NCBI RefSeq assembly: GCF_006345805.1
Contig: NC_043009.1
Location: forward strand, 62,868,001-62,932,000
From: Octopus sinensis
Lineage: Eukaryota
Length of the DNA: 64,000 nt
Direction: 5' to 3'
Shown here: positions 39,201 through 47,540 of the stretch, in pieces
How the letters are laid out: each line of letters opens with the position of its first letter
Numbering within the stretch: the first letter of the stretch is position 1
Translations under genes and position numbers: made by a program
Notes under the pieces: model-generated
Database searches by the model: none
Told to the model about the DNA's origin: nothing
The model's input: the letters and a program-made list of their open reading frames with translations, nothing else

Positions 39201-42200
39201 TGGCTCAATCAAATTAATGAGGATGGTATCAAGCAATTCTTGAGAGACAGTGTCAGCTTCAGTGATGAGAGGAACCATCATATCTAACATGAATGTACGA
39301 ACTTTTGCTGAATGCTTTTCACTGAAAAGAGTAAAATTGAAATTAATGGCTAAAGGCTGTATCAGGTTATTAGGGGCTAAAATATAATTAACAAACATCA
39401 GATGAATAGGTAAAAATGCATTCTTATTATTGTGCTGAATGAAAAGTTGTGCAATATTTTGGCTCACTTCCAGTGCTCGTGGCACCTCATCGGCTAAGAG
39501 GAGATGGAAACTTCAGTGAAGGAGTTTTACGTGCCGGTGGCACGTAAAAGCACCCACTACACTCTCGGAGTGGTTGGTGTTAGGAAGGGCATCAAGCTGT
39601 AGAAACTCTGTCAGATCAGATCGGAGCCTGGTGCAGCCATCTGGTTTGCCAGTCCTCAGTCAAATCGTCCAACCCATACCAGCATGAAAAGTGGACGTTA
39701 AACGATGATGATGATGAGTTCTTCACCTCAACGGACATGAAATGGTATCAAAGAACTGGCAGAAAAATGGCTTCAGACGGTGCCACACGAAGGCCTCTAC
39801 TGTGAATGCTAGGCTGCTTTTGTAACTTGCAAATAAATTACCAAGATATAGCAAAAATTTTGACACAACACAATAGTAAACATGCCACAGGAGACAATAA
39901 AATAAAAATAAAAAAGATAGTCTCCTATGAATTAAATATTATAAAGTGAAAGCTTCATCATAAACTTATGACAGGATAACTAAAAGAATGCTTTTATTGA
40001 CATTAGACGTCTTTAGATGAAATTTTTACAAGAGATATTTTTAAAAAACCTAGCAACTACAGAATTATCATTTGCTTTCACAATCTGTTAATTAAAAGGG
40101 TATGACAGATTTCTGATGAACCATCACAGAATATCAACAAAAAGCATCAAGAAAATGAATCAAGTAATTTATAGTTCATCCACTCTTTCTGATATCGGTT
40201 TCAAATTTTGGCACAAGGCCAGCAGTTTTGGGGGAGGAGGTAAGTTGATTACACCGACCCCAGTATTCAACTAGTACTTATTTTACCAGCCCTGAAAGGA
40301 TAAAAGGCAAAGTTGACTGTGGCAGGATTTGAACTGAGAACATAAAGATGTACAAAATGCCACTAAGCATTTTGTCTGCTATGTCAACAACTCAGCTAGC
40401 TTGCCATTCTCTTGAAACATTGCCAGTGTCGCCTGGCTGGTTCCCATGCCAATGGCACGTACAAAGCACCATTCGACAGGGGCCTATGCCAGTACTGCCT
40501 GACTGGCCCTCGTGCCAGTGGCACATAAAAAGTACTCACTACACTCTTGGAGTGGTCGGCATTAGGAAGGACATCCAGTTGTAGAAACACTGCCAGATCA
40601 GATTGGAGCTTGATGCAGCCTTCTGGCTCGCCAGCCTTAAGTTAAACCATCCAACCCATGCCAGCATGGAAAGCGGACGTTAAACGATGATAACAATGAT
40701 ATCAGATTCAGTTAAAATTAGGTTGAAACGGTTGGTGCCTTTAAATGTTAAGCACATACAAAATTAACATTCCTTTCTAATAAAATTTTTAAATGAAGTA
40801 ACAAAACTATTGTGAGAGTAAACATGAAAAAATCTTACTTGATAATTGAAAACATAAGTTTATACAAGTTGCAGAAGATTTCTTGACTATCTTCCAGTTC
40901 AATACAGATGTTAAAAGACTTCACCCATGCAAGATTCTGGAAAAAAAAAAAAAAAAAAATTATGAATCTCTATCAACATATGACTTGACAAATAAAACCA
41001 CACTTAAAATACAAATTAACCCTGTCCACGTCCAATCCATATATTCTACATGTATTATGTTCAAGTTAGAGGGATCCAGCCTCTCACACCTTCCCTACAA
41101 TTTCATTCTCAAACAAATGCATCATCAAAATCTCAAAGCCACAGGAGAAAGCATTGATTAATTAGATATGAATAGATGAAAAATGCCTATATTTTCCAGG
41201 GCTTGCTCCAGCCATGACGACCATGAATGTAAATTGTAACAAATGCCAAGCAGCAAGCAAATTTAGCTCAGGGGGAAAAAAAGAAAAATTAAAAGGCCTC
41301 TTCACACCAATGATAAATTTCAGGAAAAAAAACAACAAAAAAACAATTAAAGAATATATTTACCTCTAACAAATAGAAATAACGTTTAAAGGAAGGAGAT
41401 TCAGGATCTTCTAGACCACGTAGTTGTTTGACTAAGAACATGAAAATTTCCTTCAAAAAGAGAAAAACACAAAATTAATTAAATACACCAATGAAAATAT
41501 GTCGTTAATAATAAATTAAAAGTATGATGATGTGATGTAGAAGCATGTGTATTCATGTATTTAAAACTTAAGCTCCTCACTTTCTTGTCCATCAGATGGA
41601 ATAAATAACACTTAGGCGAAACTTTAGTTTCAAGTAAATGAATAAATTTTACAATAAGCACCAAGTATTCTGTCATGACTGTACCCCCAAAATACCCACA
41701 CAAACCTTATTCGTTAAGTGAAGCTAACGAGCATCTCGTTATACATACAACATTTATCTCTCCGGCGAGCTGGCAGAAACGTTAGCACGCTGGGCGAAAT
41801 TCGTAGCAGTATTTCGTCTGTCGTTACGTTCCAAGTTCAAATTCCGCCGAGGTCGACAAATTAAGTACCAGTTACGCACTGGGGTCGATGTAATCGACTT
41901 AATCCCTTTGTCTGTCCTTGTTTGTCCCCTCTATGTTTAGCCCCTTGTGGGTAGTAAAGAAATATATATTTTAATTTTACTTCCCCTCTCTAACATAAAT
42001 AGAAGAGATCTGAAAACATGCAATTCATTAATTCTTTTTACAGAAGATGTGTAAATAAATCTAAAGCAAAAATAACAACCAGAGATTGAAAGATAGTAAA
42101 AAATATCTGAATAGATTCAACTTTGGTCAACTTTTTTTAAAAGAAAGTTGAAAAAATGTTAAGCTTTTATTTTTACAATGAAAATGGCTCTACCTTTAAG

Positions 42201-43988
42201 TGGTCTGGATCTCTATACGGAGCCTCAGGAGCAAAAATACGGAAAACATCGGCAATACAGCATGCCACAAGCAGACGAACATCTTTACTGGCATGATCGA
42301 AGAAAAATTCAGTGGCAAGATGTAATGCTAGTTCAGAGTATTTTTCATTTTCATCCTGCCCCATGTCTTGGAATACTCTGGCCAACATCTGAGGAAAACA
42401 CACAAAAATACATATATCAAAACAAAATGTTTAACTATGTAAATTTACTTACAAAATTTCACTTTAAACATCGTAATTTAGAAATTGTAACAAATCAAAA
42501 TTTACTGTACAAATAAGAGGGCTTACTGAATATTTTATTTTTTTACTATACAGCTAATGCTGAAGTGAACAATGTGACACCCCACCTCTCTCATACACAC
42601 ACACATATATATATCATAGCAGATACCGGTGCCATGTAAAAGCACCCATTTACACTCTTGGAGTGGTTGGTGTTAGGAAGGACATCCAGTCATAGAAACC
42701 ATGCCGAATGAGCCTGGAGTCTGATGCAGCCCCTCAGTTTACCAGCCCTCGTCAAACCATCCAACCCATGCCAGCATGGACAACAGATGTTAAATGATGA
42801 TGATATTTACTTGTATAGTAGTAGTAGTATAGTAGTGCCTATAAAATTATGCAAACCTAAATTTTAGGTTTAAGAAAATTTTGTTTTCCTTCCTCTTTGT
42901 AATCTGCAATAGATAATTCCAGGTTAACCCAATTCCTTGTTCTGCTTCTCTTCATTTTCCCAAACCCAACACACAGACTTTGATGTCATATTAATCTCTC
43001 TTTATCATTCACTTATCCTCCATATAACCTTTTTTTTTTTGTTAAGTTACTTCTCAAATCTCCATCTGATATCTTCTTTCCACCTACCCTTCCTTTATCA
43101 ACTACTTACAGTATATCTTCCAATCTCATCCTTCCATATATTTCACTACCTGTCTCTGCTGGCAATTCCTCTCTCTCCCTCCTCTCTACTCCATCAATCT
43201 ACCACATCTTTTTATCTAATCTCTCTCTCTTTATAATTCCTCACAGCTCCCTCTCAGCACAGCCACTGCTTTCTCCTTCCACATCCCAAAAATGTAAGAG
43301 AAAAAGAAACCAGTAAAGAAAAAGGTAACTTGGTCTTTTATACTGTCAATATATTGCTATCAAATACTAATAGTAATAATATGAGGCCAAACAAATTCAT
43401 ATCTTTATCTTATTAATAAATAAAATGCATTAAAGAGTAGATTTGTTGATATAATTAACATAATGGTGTAATAAAAGACATATAGGGTTGTATAAAGCTA
43501 ATATCAAATGGCTTAAATACATTCGACTTCTATATTTTATACTTTACTAATTTGATCTAAAATTACTTGTCTCCTTAAATGACTAACACACTGAAAATAG
43601 CAACCTATAGTGTTCTGGAAAAAGAACACATTGGATAAAGTGTCTGAGAAAAAGGATGAGATGGTCGCTATTAGAACATATTTGGTCATAGGTTAATCAA
43701 AGCTAATCTGAGAGAGACTTGAAAATATCTACCAAGTAATTGCTTCCAACCACTAAGTGATATAAATAACCTAGTTCATGAAAAAATAATCACATCGTAT
43801 TCATGATTACAAAGATTCAGCTATTTTTGTATAAAATTTTTTGAAATTGTAATAAATAAAATTTAATAAAAACAAAAACAAACCTTAAGTCTTCGAACAA
43901 GTTCATCTTTTCCAATATCCTCCGATACCTCTTTGCAATTTGGAGGATAGACAATTTTACTAGGCTTGCCTCCCTTTGGCAGTGGCAT
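3893..43988 (-). CDS. PDS5: Sister chromatid cohesion protein PDS5 homolog (PDS5A/B-like), whole gene span; 32 coding exons, 1378 aa
   Basis: Exons are colinear with recalled human PDS5B (YPP..KE.S....K.E.VRRLK; [20 protein letters not shown]; [10 protein letters not shown]; LRLPLEYM; [10 protein letters not shown]). Summed CDS is 4137 nt, divisible by 3, and phases match at all 31 GT-AG introns. The 3' exon choice is less certain. Confidence 0.97.
4634..4862. mobile_element. piggyBac-like MITE family D
   Basis: TTAA-CCCTTTAGCATT start. Other copies at about 5207-5398, 19272-19490, 46290-46510, 48148-48384, 53060-53300 and 56785-57013; partial copies near 56150, 60475 and 61200. Confidence 0.75.
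5661..6065 (-). mobile_element. tRNA-derived SINE family B (CORE-like, internal (TA)/(CA) microsatellite)
   Basis: tRNA-like head, ccttgggcaagtgtctt core, tail actgaaacaagtaaaa. Resembles the octopus OR-type CORE-SINEs (name recalled, unverified). Confidence 0.8.
6535..6905 (+). mobile_element. tRNA-derived SINE family F
   Basis: A box cagtggttagg, B box ggtttcgattccc; near-identical inverse copy at 52125-52497. Confidence 0.8.
8158..8387. mobile_element. piggyBac-like MITE family E
   Basis: TTAA-CCCTTTCG...CGAAAGGG-TTAA; other copies listed separately. Confidence 0.8.
13030..13238 (-). mobile_element. tRNA-derived SINE family A (Meta-like central domain)
   Basis: Degenerate copy of the gagttcaaattcc...ctttgcctttcatcc family. 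Others at about 24606-24952 (two in tandem), 26930-27118, 40197-40390, 50435-50636 (all -) and 52556-52760 (+). Confidence 0.75.
13953..14070 (-). CDS. PDS5: PDS5 coding exon 31
   Basis: [39 protein letters not shown], phase 2-0, long T-rich acceptor, GTAAGT donor. Confidence 0.85.
14379..14773 (-). mobile_element. SINE family B, full-length
   Basis: High identity to 5661-6065; partial copy at about 15008-15172. Confidence 0.85.
15239..15700 (-). CDS. PDS5: PDS5 coding exon 30 (K/S/T-rich disordered tail)
   Basis: 462-nt open frame [14 protein letters not shown]...[12 protein letters not shown]+CG, phase 2-2. Confidence 0.9.
17016..17197 (-). CDS. PDS5: PDS5 coding exon 29 (low-complexity tail)
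   Basis: [10 protein letters not shown]...[29 protein letters not shown]+AG, 182 nt. Confidence 0.9.
17333..17389 (-). CDS. PDS5: PDS5 coding exon 28
   Basis: [19 protein letters not shown], 57 nt; aligns to human NFSNTKNYLP. Confidence 0.93.
17680..18015 (+). mobile_element. Family C repeat
   Basis: Core and tail motifs as at 343-630. Confidence 0.8.
18543..18614 (-). pseudogene. tRNA-Glu(TTC)-derived retropseudogene fused to an RTE-type tail
   Basis: Intact A box TGGTCTAGTGG, B box GGTTCGATTCC, anticodon stem CCTGG/CCAGG and 3' acceptor strand CATGGGA-A. The 5' acceptor strand does not pair, and the loop is CATTTAC instead of CTTTCAC. Confidence 0.85.
18695..18817 (-). CDS. PDS5: PDS5 coding exon 27
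   Basis: [41 protein letters not shown], 123 nt. Confidence 0.96.
19045..19264 (-). mobile_element. SINE family A, full-length
   Basis: Head ggcg.cgagctggcagaa, B box gagttcaaattcc, tail ccccttgtg.gtagtaaagaaata. Confidence 0.85.
19628..20050 (-). mobile_element. Family C repeat with internal subrepeats
   Basis: (cat)n tail at 19628, repeated tgcca..ggcac units. Confidence 0.85.
20215..20347 (-). CDS. PDS5: PDS5 coding exon 26
   Basis: [44 protein letters not shown], 133 nt. Confidence 0.97.
20493..20607 (-). CDS. PDS5: PDS5 coding exon 25
   Basis: [37 protein letters not shown], 115 nt. Confidence 0.96.
21645..21849 (-). CDS. PDS5: PDS5 coding exon 24
   Basis: [45 protein letters not shown]...[13 protein letters not shown], 205 nt. 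Confidence 0.97.
22013..22136 (-). CDS. PDS5: PDS5 coding exon 23
   Basis: [41 protein letters not shown], 124 nt. Confidence 0.96.
23011..23404 (+). mobile_element. Family C repeat
   Basis: Core, subrepeats and (gat)n tail. Confidence 0.85.
23608..23744 (-). CDS. PDS5: PDS5 coding exon 22
   Basis: [45 protein letters not shown], 137 nt. Confidence 0.97.
23848..24322. mobile_element. Two tandem direct copies of MITE family E (23848-24072 and 24096-24322)
   Basis: Each is bounded by TTAA and shares the body aacaaagaatttagtaaaataacttagttatcattaagctagtgtta. Confidence 0.85.
24504..24572 (-). CDS. PDS5: PDS5 coding exon 21
   Basis: [23 protein letters not shown], 69 nt. Confidence 0.93.
25280..25797 (+). 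mobile_element. Family C repeat (long 5' part); a second copy at about 26230-26433
   Basis: Core and tail motifs; 5' part duplicated internally. Confidence 0.8.
25870..26025 (-). CDS. PDS5: PDS5 coding exon 20
   Basis: [52 protein letters not shown], 156 nt. Confidence 0.96.
26723..26849 (-). CDS. PDS5: PDS5 coding exon 19
   Basis: [42 protein letters not shown], 127 nt. Confidence 0.95.
27173..27242 (-). CDS. PDS5: PDS5 coding exon 18
   Basis: [22 protein letters not shown], 70 nt. Confidence 0.94.
27365..27572 (-). mobile_element. Family C repeat, followed by a distinct tRNA-SINE fragment (about 27610-27775; similar at 57262-57410)
   Basis: Tail and core motifs. Confidence 0.75.
27980..28377 (+). 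mobile_element. Non-autonomous Helitron-like element
   Basis: A|TCTTTATATATAAAA start, GC hairpin ccgagcaacgccgg near the 3' end, terminal CTAG|T, no TSD; internal duplication of about 110 bp. Confidence 0.8.
28463..28553 (-). CDS. PDS5: PDS5 coding exon 17
   Basis: [30 protein letters not shown]+T, 91 nt. Confidence 0.95.
28691..28900 (-). CDS. PDS5: PDS5 coding exon 16
   Basis: [42 protein letters not shown]...GLKLLL, 210 nt. Confidence 0.96.
29045..29413 (-). mobile_element. SINE family B, diverged
   Basis: Same layout as 5661-6065. Confidence 0.75.
29437..29825. mobile_element. MITE family E interrupted by a family C fragment
   Basis: E halves flank a C segment (about 29520-29690) with duplicated tagtcatta on each side. 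Confidence 0.6.
29854..29993 (-). CDS. PDS5: PDS5 coding exon 15
   Basis: [46 protein letters not shown], 140 nt. Confidence 0.96.
30564..30775. mobile_element. piggyBac-like MITE with a 24-bp perfect palindrome
   Basis: TTAA-CTCTTTGCC...GGCAAAGGG-TCAA; palindrome ctgtgtatcacatgtgatacacag at 30580-30603. Confidence 0.65.
30805..30899 (-). CDS. PDS5: PDS5 coding exon 14
   Basis: (G)[31 protein letters not shown]+A. Divergent in sequence but the only phase 2-1 bridge I found between exons 13 and 15; ctctttcAG acceptor, GTATGT donor. Confidence 0.88.
31695..32110 (+). mobile_element. Non-autonomous Helitron-like element (second family)
   Basis: A|TCTCTAATATAAA start, cacagccaaacggctggatggatt motif, hairpin ccgggtgaaaccggg, end TTAG|T (decayed CTAG). 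Confidence 0.65.
32668..32700 (-). CDS. PDS5: PDS5 coding exon 13 (33-nt micro-exon)
   Basis: (K)[10 protein letters not shown]+GG; tttttcAG acceptor, GTAAGT donor; aligns to human KALNEMWKCQN. Confidence 0.92.
33421..33534 (-). CDS. PDS5: PDS5 coding exon 12
   Basis: [37 protein letters not shown], 114 nt. Confidence 0.96.
33637..33790 (-). mobile_element. Family C repeat, 5'-truncated
   Basis: Tail and core motifs. Confidence 0.8.
34816..34967 (-). CDS. PDS5: PDS5 coding exon 11
   Basis: [50 protein letters not shown], 152 nt. Confidence 0.96.
35673..35818 (-). CDS. PDS5: PDS5 coding exon 10
   Basis: [48 protein letters not shown], 146 nt. Confidence 0.96.
36030..36450 (-). mobile_element. 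Family C repeat with about 5 internal subrepeats
   Basis: Repeated ggatggtgcttttatgtgccac(c/t)ggc units. Confidence 0.85.
36746..36840 (-). CDS. PDS5: PDS5 coding exon 9
   Basis: [31 protein letters not shown], 95 nt. Confidence 0.95.
37496..37611 (-). CDS. PDS5: PDS5 coding exon 8
   Basis: [38 protein letters not shown]+AG, 116 nt. Confidence 0.96.
37834..38039. mobile_element. hAT-like MITE
   Basis: CAGTGGCTCTCAACC start, ...CCCTG end, imperfect 8-bp flanks tattaaac/gtttaaac. Confidence 0.5.
38246..38386 (-). CDS. PDS5: PDS5 coding exon 7
   Basis: [47 protein letters not shown], 141 nt. Confidence 0.96.
38579..38659 (-). CDS. PDS5: PDS5 coding exon 6
   Basis: [27 protein letters not shown], 81 nt. 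Confidence 0.95.
39195..39321 (-). CDS. PDS5: PDS5 coding exon 5
   Basis: [42 protein letters not shown], 127 nt. Confidence 0.96.
39470..39716 (+). mobile_element. Family C repeat; further + copies at about 40400-40700, 42620-42805 and 44480-44635
   Basis: Core and tail motifs. Confidence 0.85.
40839..40936 (-). CDS. PDS5: PDS5 coding exon 4
   Basis: [32 protein letters not shown]+AA, 98 nt. Confidence 0.96.
41364..41450 (-). CDS. PDS5: PDS5 coding exon 3
   Basis: [29 protein letters not shown], 87 nt. Confidence 0.96.
41763..41962 (+). mobile_element. SINE family A with internal deletion
   Basis: gtcgac joined directly to aaattaagtacc, lacking tttgcctttcatcctttcggggtcgat. Confidence 0.85.
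42194..42388 (-). CDS. PDS5: PDS5 coding exon 2
   Basis: [10 protein letters not shown]...[30 protein letters not shown], 195 nt, phase 0-0. Confidence 0.97.
43884..43988 (-). CDS. PDS5: PDS5 coding exon 1 (ATG at 43988; acceptor at 44002-44003, so a non-coding exon lies upstream)
   Basis: [35 protein letters not shown], donor GTTTGT. Confidence 0.95.
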
Positions 43989-45021
43989 CTTCGGTTTTCA
44001 CCTATAAAATAAATATGTAATATTATTACTCTGCTTGTCCCAGTTTGTGTTTATATGTTACAATTCAAAGTGATTCAAAATATGAAACTGTTTTCCTTGT
44101 GATTTCCAAAGCAAAAAAAAAAAAAATTTTTTTACTTATTTTTCGGATAAACATATCTAAAGTTCAATAATTGTTCAAATCCCTTATTAGGAAAGAAAGA
44201 ATGCAATATAAACTCAAATAAAAGTCTAATTGAATGAGATGACTACCAGTGTTTCAGTTTATTTCTTTATTTTGCACAATCCAACTGCGAGTCAACATGC
44301 ATTCATCAAACCAGATGCTTCAAAGCATCTAACCCAACACTCTACTGTCCACTACTGAGTACTTTTATAACTTCATTTTCTAGGAACACTCATTCCTGTA
44401 ATGATTAAACAGAAAATACCTGAAAATTCAAATACTTATAGTGTATTTACTTGGGGTCAGATTTACTATAAAGAAGCCGTGCGTAAAAGCACCCATTGCA
44501 CTCTCGAAGTGGTTGATGTTAGGAAGGGCATCCAACCATAGAAACCAAATCAGACTGGGGTCTGGTGCAGCCCCTCAGCTTACCAAACCTGGTCAAACCA
44601 TCCCACCCATGCGAACATGAACAATGGATGTTAAAAAGTCTGTTGCTTTACTGTTATTCATCCATTTGTGCTAAAATGTTGCACAGGATTGATAATTTAT
44701 CACACAAAAATGCAGATGCCCTCGAAAAGCGGATGAAAAGAAAAGTTGGGAATGAATACAATCAGTAACAAATATGGACATACAAACACCACAAACAAAT
44801 CCTTTTCCCTGACTTTTTTCTACACCTTGTTCATTATGAAATTTCTACAGGTAAACTGAGTTATTCCCTTCTGAAACAAAGTATCCAGGAATGCATGAAA
44901 GCTTTGATATAAACAAATCCCCTAAATTCAGCAACACAACCAGAGAGTTGGCAGCTTCCTTTAAAGTCAATATAAACAAGAAGGTTTTGATTTGGGTGGT
45001 TTCATGCTATACAGAATCTTT

Positions 45022-45378
45022 TATCTTTTACTTGTTTCAGCCAGACTGAGGTCATATTGGGGGCATTGCCTTAAAGAATTCTACTCAAACAAATTGACCC
45101 CAACACTTTTTATTTTCATAAAGCCTGGTACTTATTCTATTTTGCTAAACTACTAAGAGGGATGTAAACACAGCAACACTGACCGTCAAGTGGTGACACA
45201 AACACACACATATACACATACAACAAGCTTCTTTCAATTTCCGTGTAACAAATCCATTCACAAGCCTTTCACTGGCCTGAGGCTATGGGAGAAGACACTT
45301 GCCCAAGGTGCCATGCAGTGGGACTGAACTTGGGACAATGTGATTGGAAAGCAAACTTCTTACCACACAGCCATGCCT
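45022..45378 (-). mobile_element. SINE family B, diverged
   Basis: Head, core and tail motifs; inverted relative to the copy at about 46805-47150 (+). Confidence 0.75.
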
Positions 45379-45825
45379 GCTTTTCTAGAAAAACACTTTT
45401 TATTTTCACACTTGACATGGCAATCACCCATTTCCACAGATTACTAAATAACTGCGGCAGCTATTCCAGTTTCTTGTTATCCTTTCACTCCTGCGCAAAT
45501 TTTTTGCATTACATATTTTATCCTCTTTTTAAACGGGCTTTTACACACCTGCAAAATTTCTGCACAACAAATTTTATTTTCATTTCCCTTTCAAAGAACT
45601 TTCCAGAGTAAAAAACTACTAAAGCATTATCGGAGTAAAACCGACAAGTTATATTTATTTTTTAATACAGAGGATAAACAGAACCAATATCTTTAAATAA
45701 CTATTCAAATCTATCATGAGGAAAGACAATCATTTCTCACTTCACATTTAAACATTTGGTATTTTAAGACAAAATTTTTGGTTTATAATACCAAAACTGC
45801 CCTAAATAACCGTATCCATATACAG

Positions 45826-46226
45826 CAGTGGTTTGCAACCTGTGGTCTCTGTAAATGTAGCACATGGAAGTGGATCTGTGAACTAAATTCAAAATTTCAC
45901 ATATATATACACACACACACATAATTATAAGCATGTTAACCTTTTCGTTACTGTATTTATTTTGAGGTTCTCTGTGTTTCTTTCAATCAATTTTAAATAT
46001 AACAAATAATTTAGTAAAATAACTTAGTTATCATTAAGCTTGTGTTAGGAACATAAATTGTGACTGGGGGAAAATTTTAATTCAAAACTTATGAAAACAG
46101 AGATATTTTACTACAGAGTCAGAGGTGGTTTTAGCCAAGTTGGTATCGAAAGAGTTAAAAGGGGTCTCTGGGAAAAATCATTTAAATAAAAGGGGTCCTT
46201 GGTAGTGAAAAGGTTGGGAATTACAG
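45826..46226. mobile_element. hAT-like MITE containing a nested MITE E (45936-46159)
   Basis: CAGTGGTTTGCAACC...GGTTGGGAATTACAG with perfect 8-bp TSD ATATACAG (45818-45825 and 46227-46234). Confidence 0.85.
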
Positions 46227-47489
46227 ATATACAGCATGACTTCACTGGATAAACGATTTCTTTCAATTAGTTAACACGATAATGTAAAATTTATGCACCT
46301 TACCATTTAGCATTTAAACCGGTTGTATCTGGCCCATATAGTAGTCTACCCCTTTTATGTACAAACTGGGTAGATCTAGCCTCTCACACCTACCCTAGAA
46401 TGTCATTCTAAAATAAACAACCACCTCATCAAAATCTTGCAGGATTAATACAAAACCATGTGCATAAACAAGCACCATCTTTGAGTAAATAATCTGAATA
46501 CTAAAGGGGGAAACGGTGTACTAAGTTTCTCAAACACTTCAAAGCCTTGACACATCAAGTACAAATTTCCTAAAAGTAATGAAACCACTGATGTTATTTA
46601 CAGGTGAAAAGGGAGCCCTTCCAGAAAACAGGAACAACCAGAATCCATTCTAGAAACCCATTAACAACATGGGTCTCATGTCGTAATATATTTATATTGC
46701 AATCATGGCCCAATGCACTACCGCTTTTATTTCTCAACGGCTTGTCTTCAATAGCACAATGTTGATGAACGACAAACTTGTATTTATAACAAGATGATTA
46801 TACAGGTGCAGGCATGGCTCTGGGTTCAGTTCCACTGCATGGCACCTTGGGCAAGTGTTCTCTATTGGCCTTGAGCCAAGCAAAGCTTTTAGTGGATTTG
46901 GTAGATAGAAACTGAAAAGAAGCCCATTGTGTGCATCCCTGTGCATGTCTTTATTTGTCCCTCCACCATCACTTGACAACCAATGTTGGTGTGTTTATGT
47001 CCCTGTAACTTAGCAGTTCGGCAAAAGAGGCCGATAGAATAAATACTAAGCTTACAAAGAATGTGTCCTGGGGTCAGTTTCTTCCGACTAAAACTGCTTA
47101 AGGTGGTGCACCAGCATAGCTGCAGTCAAATGACTGAAACAAGCAAGAGAGTACAAGAGGTCTGCTATTATTATCTATCATCTGGTACACAGAAGTAGCT
47201 TCAGCATCCTTCACGTATGAAGAAAGTCAACAAATACGTCAAGAGGAGCTGAAGGGTGCCATTTACGGTTTGTAAGAAACAAACAATCCAGGTACGTGCT
47301 GTCAGCAATTACTCAGGATGGGGCAGTTGGTGACCTTCACGTAGTAAACTATCACCAAAAGATTTGTTAGTAGATAAAAGGATAAAAATATATAAATATA
47401 TAAAGATAGTCACTATCCTTTGCTGGAAAGGGGGGAAAAATGGAAATTAGCTAAAACTGAGGGAAAAAACACAAAAAATAAGTGAAACA

Positions 47490-47540
47490 CAGGCGAGCGA
47501 CTGAGTTGAAGGCAGATTTATTTCTGCCTTTATAGCACGT
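47490..47540 (-). promoter_or_regulatory. Candidate PDS5 core promoter: TATA box plus Inr, predicted TSS about 47502
   Basis: Minus strand reads gcTATAAAGG (47534-47527), then TCAGTC with its A at 47502, placing TATA at -32. Locally CpG-richer and free of SINEs. Confidence 0.55.
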
